A DNA stretch of 64,000 bases from Chitinophaga pinensis (lineage in GTDB: Bacteria; Bacteroidota; Bacteroidia; UBA7662), in the NCBI GenBank assembly GCA_945874665.1, contig CAMCHJ010000002.1, positions 37,937 to 101,936 of the forward strand. The letters run 5' to 3'. Of this stretch, positions 59,543 to 64,000 are shown in pieces (position 1 is the stretch's first letter; the number at the start of each line of letters is the position of its first letter). A program made the translations under genes and the position numbers. The notes below the pieces were generated by a model, which worked only from the letters and a program-made list of their open reading frames with translations, ran no database searches and was not told where the DNA came from.

Positions 59543-60319
59543 ATGAAAGCATATCGCGTGCTCAATATGATCAGCAATGTTGAAAACTGGATCTCCTATG
59601 TGTTGTACAAAAGCACTGGCAAAAAAGGCGCTGGCTTTACCTTTCGTTTGCGTAATAAATTCAAAATCAGCGTTCCAAACCAAATAATCCCCGAATTCAA
59701 GGAGAGTTTTTTTGAGGAAGTTTATTTTAAACACCTCCCCAAAAATATTTTCGAAGTTCAAAAGCCGGTGGTAATCGATATTGGTGCCAACGTTGGCTTT
59801 TTTAGTCTTTTAGCTTGGTACAAACTGCCCACGTCAAAAGTTATTGCTTTTGAGCCCATCGCTCGCAATTTTAAATTGCTCAAAAAAAATACAGAGGGCA
59901 TTACTACAAACCAACTGCGGGCTAACCATGCTGCAGTAAGCGATATCGTGGGTGAAATTGTATTGCGATTTAACAACCAAGCCATTACCACTTCTGCCAG
60001 TTTGCTCACCAGCAGCACAGGAAGTACTGAAGAAGTGGTTCGATCGACCACTTTAGCGGATATTTTTGAAGAAAACCAGCTGGAAAAAGTCGATTTACTA
60101 AAAATGGACTGTGAAGGCGCAGAATACAGCATCGTTTACAACAGTCCAGCCGCGCTCTTTGAAAATATCAATTGTATTGCCATGGAAACCCATGTGGGCA
60201 GTGCGCCAAACGAAAATACCCACAGCATGGTGGCCTACCTCGAAAGACTCGGGTTTACCGTAAAGCGCGAAGGTAAAGATTTGATCTGGGCCTTTAAACC
60301 CATCCAACACTGGAAATAA
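59543..60319 (+). CDS. FkbM-family SAM-dependent methyltransferase.
   Basis: Has a VIDIGANVGFFS motif and an MDCEGAEY motif typical of the FkbM domain. It is visibly AT-richer than neighbouring genes. Confidence 0.7.
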   Translation: MKAYRVLNMISNVENWISYVLYKSTGKKGAGFTFRLRNKFKISVPNQIIPEFKESFFEEVYFKHLPKNIFEVQKPVVIDIGANVGFFSLLAWYKLPTSKVIAFEPIARNFKLLKKNTEGITTNQLRANHAAVSDIVGEIVLRFNNQAITTSASLLTSSTGSTEEVVRSTTLADIFEENQLEKVDLLKMDCEGAEYSIVYNSPAALFENINCIAMETHVGSAPNENTHSMVAYLERLGFTVKREGKDLIWAFKPIQHWK

Positions 60320-60441
60320 AGACAAACACTAAGTTAATGCGCACAGCTTTTGGCCTACTGCAAGGCAGTATTTTGCTACGCTTGAAAAGCTGCCGTTGAT
60401 TAACAACACCTCACCTCTCAGCTACGATGCTTGGATGAGCC

Positions 60442-61080
60442 TTAAAATTTGTAGCCGAGTTTGAATTGGGCAAGTGGACTAAATTGCCCTAAACCCAGTA
60501 CCAATTCTGCCTCTGCAGCATAGGTTTTTTGGGATTGCTGCAGCGGATTCAGATTGCGGAAAACAAAACCAATGCCCCCTTCAATTACAAAAGGACCAAC
60601 AAAGGACTGCGAACCAGCTATGAATTCTCCAACGATGCCTCGGTATTCATCAGTTTGTAAGGCCGCACCCCATCGCTGCGCTGGTAAACCATCGTAAGTG
60701 TAGGGTATGAACTTCATCACGTTATAATTTACAGCCAGGCTTTTGTAGTACAAACTCGGCTGCAAAAAAAATCGGGTGCCCACCTTGGTAGTTTCATACA
60801 TGCGCACCCCCAAACCAACACCATGATTTTGAGCACTGGTATATTCCTCACCACTACTGTTTTGATAAGCGCCTAATTGACCGTAAAACACACTGGCCAC
60901 CCAAGCAAAAGTAGTTTGTTCACGCCCGATCTCAGCGTCGATTTGGATTTGATTTGCAATCAAAGGGGCAACATTGATGCCGATGATGGCATATCTATTG
61001 TTGGAAGAAATTTCCTCTGTTTGGGCATTAACAAATAATGAAAAGCTCATGAAAACGAGCAGTAACAGGCAGTTTTTCAT
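60442..61080 (-). CDS. Secreted hypothetical protein, possibly a small outer-membrane beta-barrel.
   Basis: Has a signal peptide (…LFVNAQ), alternating hydrophobic strands and a C-terminal FKLGYKF. Confidence 0.45.
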   Translation of the reverse strand: MKNCLLLLVFMSFSLFVNAQTEEISSNNRYAIIGINVAPLIANQIQIDAEIGREQTTFAWVASVFYGQLGAYQNSSGEEYTSAQNHGVGLGVRMYETTKVGTRFFLQPSLYYKSLAVNYNVMKFIPYTYDGLPAQRWGAALQTDEYRGIVGEFIAGSQSFVGPFVIEGGIGFVFRNLNPLQQSQKTYAAEAELVLGLGQFSPLAQFKLGYKF

Positions 61081-61820
61081 GGGATCTTGGTTGATATTTT
61101 GCTAAGCAAGTTCATTCGCAAATCGCTGGTAAGCTGATACTGATACAAACCATCTCTACCAATAACCATGGCTATGCCATCAATCACCACAATGTCATGG
61201 GCATCCATCTCTATGTAGTTCAGAGAAGGCAAAGTCAAGGCAGAATCAACTAAATAAATTTTAATACCTTCATCACAAACCAACAACAAACTATCGTACA
61301 AGGCCAATCCCTGCGGCGCTACCATTTGCTTGCTGCTGATTAAAAAGGGTACGCGTGGGTTGGCAATGTCTATCACTTGTAATTGACCGGCACCTTGTCC
61401 ACCACCCCATTCGTTTTGAAATGCACGCAGGGTTACAAAAGCCAATCTGCCATCTGCCACTACCGGGTCACGGGCCACAAAGTGCAAAAACTTAGCGTAT
61501 TGTTTGGGGAAAGACGGGTCACGGATGTCGAACAAATACATGCCATCTTCAGCTCCAATGTACAAAATACTGTCGTGACGGAAAATGGTTTCAAGCCCTC
61601 TATCCAACAAAATGGTGCGTATAGAAGTAGCACTGCCATCAGCACCTATTTCATACACTTGAAACTGCTGGTCGGTAACCACATAAAGCAATTCACCAAA
61701 AGCGCAGAATCGAGCAATGGAGCCTCCTACACCGTTTGGACTACTTGGTGTTGATACTTCACCTTTACCACATGCACCCAGCAAAGTGGCCAACAAGAAC
61801 ATCTTAAATACAGACTTCAT
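61077..61820 (-). CDS. LVIVD-repeat-type beta-propeller lipoprotein.
   Basis: The start is taken at MKSVFKMFLLATLLGACG (61820), which gives a signal peptide and lipobox and an ATGA overlap with the upstream gene. It has repeated hydrophobic beta-propeller blades. Confidence 0.55.
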   Translation of the reverse strand: MKSVFKMFLLATLLGACGKGEVSTPSSPNGVGGSIARFCAFGELLYVVTDQQFQVYEIGADGSATSIRTILLDRGLETIFRHDSILYIGAEDGMYLFDIRDPSFPKQYAKFLHFVARDPVVADGRLAFVTLRAFQNEWGGGQGAGQLQVIDIANPRVPFLISSKQMVAPQGLALYDSLLLVCDEGIKIYLVDSALTLPSLNYIEMDAHDIVVIDGIAMVIGRDGLYQYQLTSDLRMNLLSKISTKIP

Positions 61821-62341
61821 TGTACGCCTCCTTCTTTTTCCCAAGCTACTACAATGGTTCCTGAAGGGCGATTTGCCTTCTTAAAGCGATCAGGAACGCG
61901 GCGTTGATCAGGTGGGATGAGCTCAGGAAATACACTGCGGGTGCGGCTTTTTACGATGGCTTGACCAGGGGTGCTGAGGATGTCGATGACCACCAAATCA
62001 ACGGCATTATCGACCGATAGCAAGCCGTTGTTTACCGCCATATCGATACAACCAGGCACCCGAATAAACCCAACAGGCGTTGGCGAGGCTGGATCGGCAT
62101 TGTTGATCACATGAACTCCTTTGTAACGCTCCGAAATGAGGAGATATGGGGCGATGTAGTAGATTTTGGCAGGGATGCCTACTTCACGAGGACCTTCCCA
62201 ACGGATCGACGCCTCTAAGGTAGCGCGGTCCATCAACACTGGCGAATAAACCGTTTCTGGCTCTACGACTGAGGTGCCAGGACAAGCCTGGAGGAGGAAA
62301 GCTGCTAGCAGTACAAGGATTGAATTTCGAAGCTTTTGCAT
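61817..62341 (-). CDS. Hypothetical lipoprotein, likely the first gene of a lipoprotein pair.
   Basis: Has a signal peptide and a lipobox (LLQAC). Its stop overlaps the next gene's start. Confidence 0.5.
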   Translation of the reverse strand: MQKLRNSILVLLAAFLLQACPGTSVVEPETVYSPVLMDRATLEASIRWEGPREVGIPAKIYYIAPYLLISERYKGVHVINNADPASPTPVGFIRVPGCIDMAVNNGLLSVDNAVDLVVIDILSTPGQAIVKSRTRSVFPELIPPDQRRVPDRFKKANRPSGTIVVAWEKEGGVQ

Positions 62342-62465
62342 TGTTGTTGCAAATTAACCAAACTACTATTAAGTACAAATTAAATCTTCAATGGGTGCTT
62401 GTCACAATTAACAGTCAAAGCACGTATAGGCATCCTAATAAACAGTCCATTTGCTATATTTGGGG

Positions 62466-64000
62466 ATGCGCATTGTAATTTTACTCCTACTTTTTTTACC
62501 GCTTAGCGGCTTCTCTCAAGGAAAAAAAACCATCAGACACGCCGATTTATGGTCGTTGAAGGGGGTGGGAAATCCTAGCTTGAGTCCCGACGGCAAATGG
62601 GTGGTTTTTTCGCTCACCCAACCCGATTACGAGGCCGACAAACGCCACAGCGACCTGTGGCTTGTGCCTACCGATGGCAGCGCCGAACCACGGCCCATTA
62701 CCGCTGGCAAGGCTGGCGAGAGCAGTGCTGCGTGGTCACCCGATGGCAGCAAACTGCTATTCACGGCCAAACGTGAGGGCGACGACAAAGCGCAAGTGTA
62801 TCTGCTCCACTTGCGCGAGGGCGGCGAAGCGCAGCGCATCACCTCGCTCAGCAGCGGGGCTAGCAGTCCGCAATGGCACCCCAACGGTCGCCAGCTCCTC
62901 TTCACCAGTCAAATTTACCCCGATGCCGCCACCGACAGCATCCAAAAAGTCCGGGTAAAAGCCAAAAAAGACGCTAAAGTGCAGGCTTATGTTTATGACA
63001 ACTTCCCATCACGCTCGTTTGACCACTGGATCGACGAACAAAAGACCGCGCTTTTTGTACAGGCCTTGCACTCCGATTCTGCTGCTGTGCAGCTGCTGGC
63101 CGGCGATGCCGACTTCCAGCAAAGGGCCTTTCAGCTGAGCGGCAGGCCGTGTTTTAGTCCTGACGGCAGCGAGATCCTCTTCCTCGCCACCACCAACTAC
63201 ACCGAGGCTGCTTTTGCCGACCGCAATCAAGAACTGTACCGCATTTCGAGCCGCGGAGGCCAAAAAAGCCGCATCGCTATGCCAGCCAAAATGATGGCTG
63301 GTGGGCCGGTGTTTAGTCCCGACGGCGCCCTCTACCTCCAGCTCACCCCCAGCCTCGACAGCATTCGCATCAGCCATCGTTACAGTCGGGTGGCGCGCTT
63401 CGACTGGCCACGACCAGCAGCACCTGCTTATTTAAACATGAGCATGGACCTCGATCCCGAAAACCTACAGTTTACCACCGACGGCAAGGAGTTGTGGTTT
63501 CAGGCCGAAAATCGCGGGAAGCAAGGCATTTACCGCTATAACCTGCGCAGCAACAAGCTGCTGCCTTTTGCGCCGGGTCATACGGGTGTTTTTTCGGGAC
63601 TGCAACTCAATAAGCAAGGCAATACAGTAGCGGTAGCCGCTTGGCAAAGCAGCAGCGGTCCTGATGAACTTTTTCTCCTCGATCCATCCAAAAACACCTT
63701 CAAAGCCCTCACCAGCTTCAACCAAAAAGCCCTCGAAAAGCTTGATTTGCCCCGCTTACTAGAATTCGATAGCAAAACCCCCGGCTTTGAGCAAAGCATT
63801 CATAGCTATGTAGTGCTGCCCCCAGGTTTCGACAGCACTAAAAAGTACCCTTTGTGGGTGGTGATGCATGGCGGACCGCACAGCGCTTGGCAAGACAGCT
63901 GGCACACACGCTGGAACTATCATTTGTTAGCCAAGCCAGGTTATGTGTTGCTGCTTACCAACTACCGTGGCTCAACGGGTTATGGACAAAGTTTTGCGCA
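62466..64000 (+). CDS. S9-family serine peptidase (prolyl oligopeptidase / dipeptidyl-aminopeptidase-like). The C-terminus lies beyond the window.
   Basis: Translation from the ATG at 62466 gives a signal peptide (MRIVILLLLFLPLSGFSQG) and beta-propeller WSPDG-type repeats (SLSPDGKWV, AWSPDGSKL, CFSPDGSEI, VFSPDGALY). The hydrolase domain begins VVMHGGPHSAWQDSW…TNYRGSTGYGQSFA. It is absent from the ORF track because it is edge-truncated. Confidence 0.8.
   Translation, partial: MRIVILLLLFLPLSGFSQGKKTIRHADLWSLKGVGNPSLSPDGKWVVFSLTQPDYEADKRHSDLWLVPTDGSAEPRPITAGKAGESSAAWSPDGSKLLFTAKREGDDKAQVYLLHLREGGEAQRITSLSSGASSPQWHPNGRQLLFTSQIYPDAATDSIQKVRVKAKKDAKVQAYVYDNFPSRSFDHWIDEQKTALFVQALHSDSAAVQLLAGDADFQQRAFQLSGRPCFSPDGSEILFLATTNYTEAAFADRNQELYRISSRGGQKSRIAMPAKMMAGGPVFSPDGALYLQLTPSLDSIRISHRYSRVARFDWPRPAAPAYLNMSMDLDPENLQFTTDGKELWFQAENRGKQGIYRYNLRSNKLLPFAPGHTGVFSGLQLNKQGNTVAVAAWQSSSGPDELFLLDPSKNTFKALTSFNQKALEKLDLPRLLEFDSKTPGFEQSIHSYVVLPPGFDSTKKYPLWVVMHGGPHSAWQDSWHTRWNYHLLAKPGYVLLLTNYRGSTGYGQSFA

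Overview
This looks like a chromosomal segment from a Bacteroidota genome. The evidence is T9SS C-terminal sorting domains, a SusC/SusD pair, many TlpA-type envelope thioredoxins, DUF4290 next to murA, and roughly 50-55% GC with AT-richer polysaccharide-utilisation genes. Most of the window is densely packed housekeeping genes.

Main gene content:
- DNA replication and repair: the 5' part of a dnaE with a fused N-terminal DnaQ-like exonuclease, parC, parE, uvrA and a uvrD/pcrA-type helicase.
- Envelope biosynthesis: murA, lpxB and surE.
- Translation: lysS, a SUI1/YciH factor, tRNA-Ala(GGC) and tRNA-Phe(GAA).
- Metabolism: pruA-type P5C dehydrogenase, nadC, ndk, pfkA with a BadF-type sugar kinase, and a fabH-like KAS III.
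- Other: scpA, an M16 peptidase pair, an M20 dipeptidase, a truncated S9 peptidase at the 3' edge, and an orphan ECF sigma factor.

Accessory-type content:
- A starch-type polysaccharide-utilisation locus: a T9SS-secreted GH13 alpha-amylase, a stand-alone paralogue of its N-terminal domain that also carries a T9SS CTD, and a convergent susC/susD pair.
- An envelope cluster of two paralogous Omp28-like CxxC lipoproteins, an outer-membrane beta-barrel, a geranylgeranyl-reductase-family flavoprotein and a TlpA thioredoxin.
- A Cys-rich lipoprotein followed by a DoxX/MauE-like membrane protein with a C-terminal CxxC domain.
- Small decayed traces of mobile or selfish DNA: a 57-aa ORF6N (KilA-N/Bro-N) N-terminal fragment between murA and ndk, a partial tandem duplicate of tRNA-Ala, and a small GIY-YIG nuclease gene interrupted by an in-frame TAA next to the tRNA.

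I found no CRISPR array, no restriction-modification system, no toxin-antitoxin system and no recognisable defence island. None of the findings is a clear novel multi-gene system. The most checkable oddities are the MurA Cys-to-Asp active-site substitution, the tRNA-Ala partial duplication with the GIY-YIG pseudogene, the ORF6N relic, the Tat-signal pirin and the two CxxC envelope clusters.

The ORF track omits ORFs truncated by the window edges. dnaE at the 5' end and the S9 peptidase at the 3' end were recovered by reading the sequence directly.
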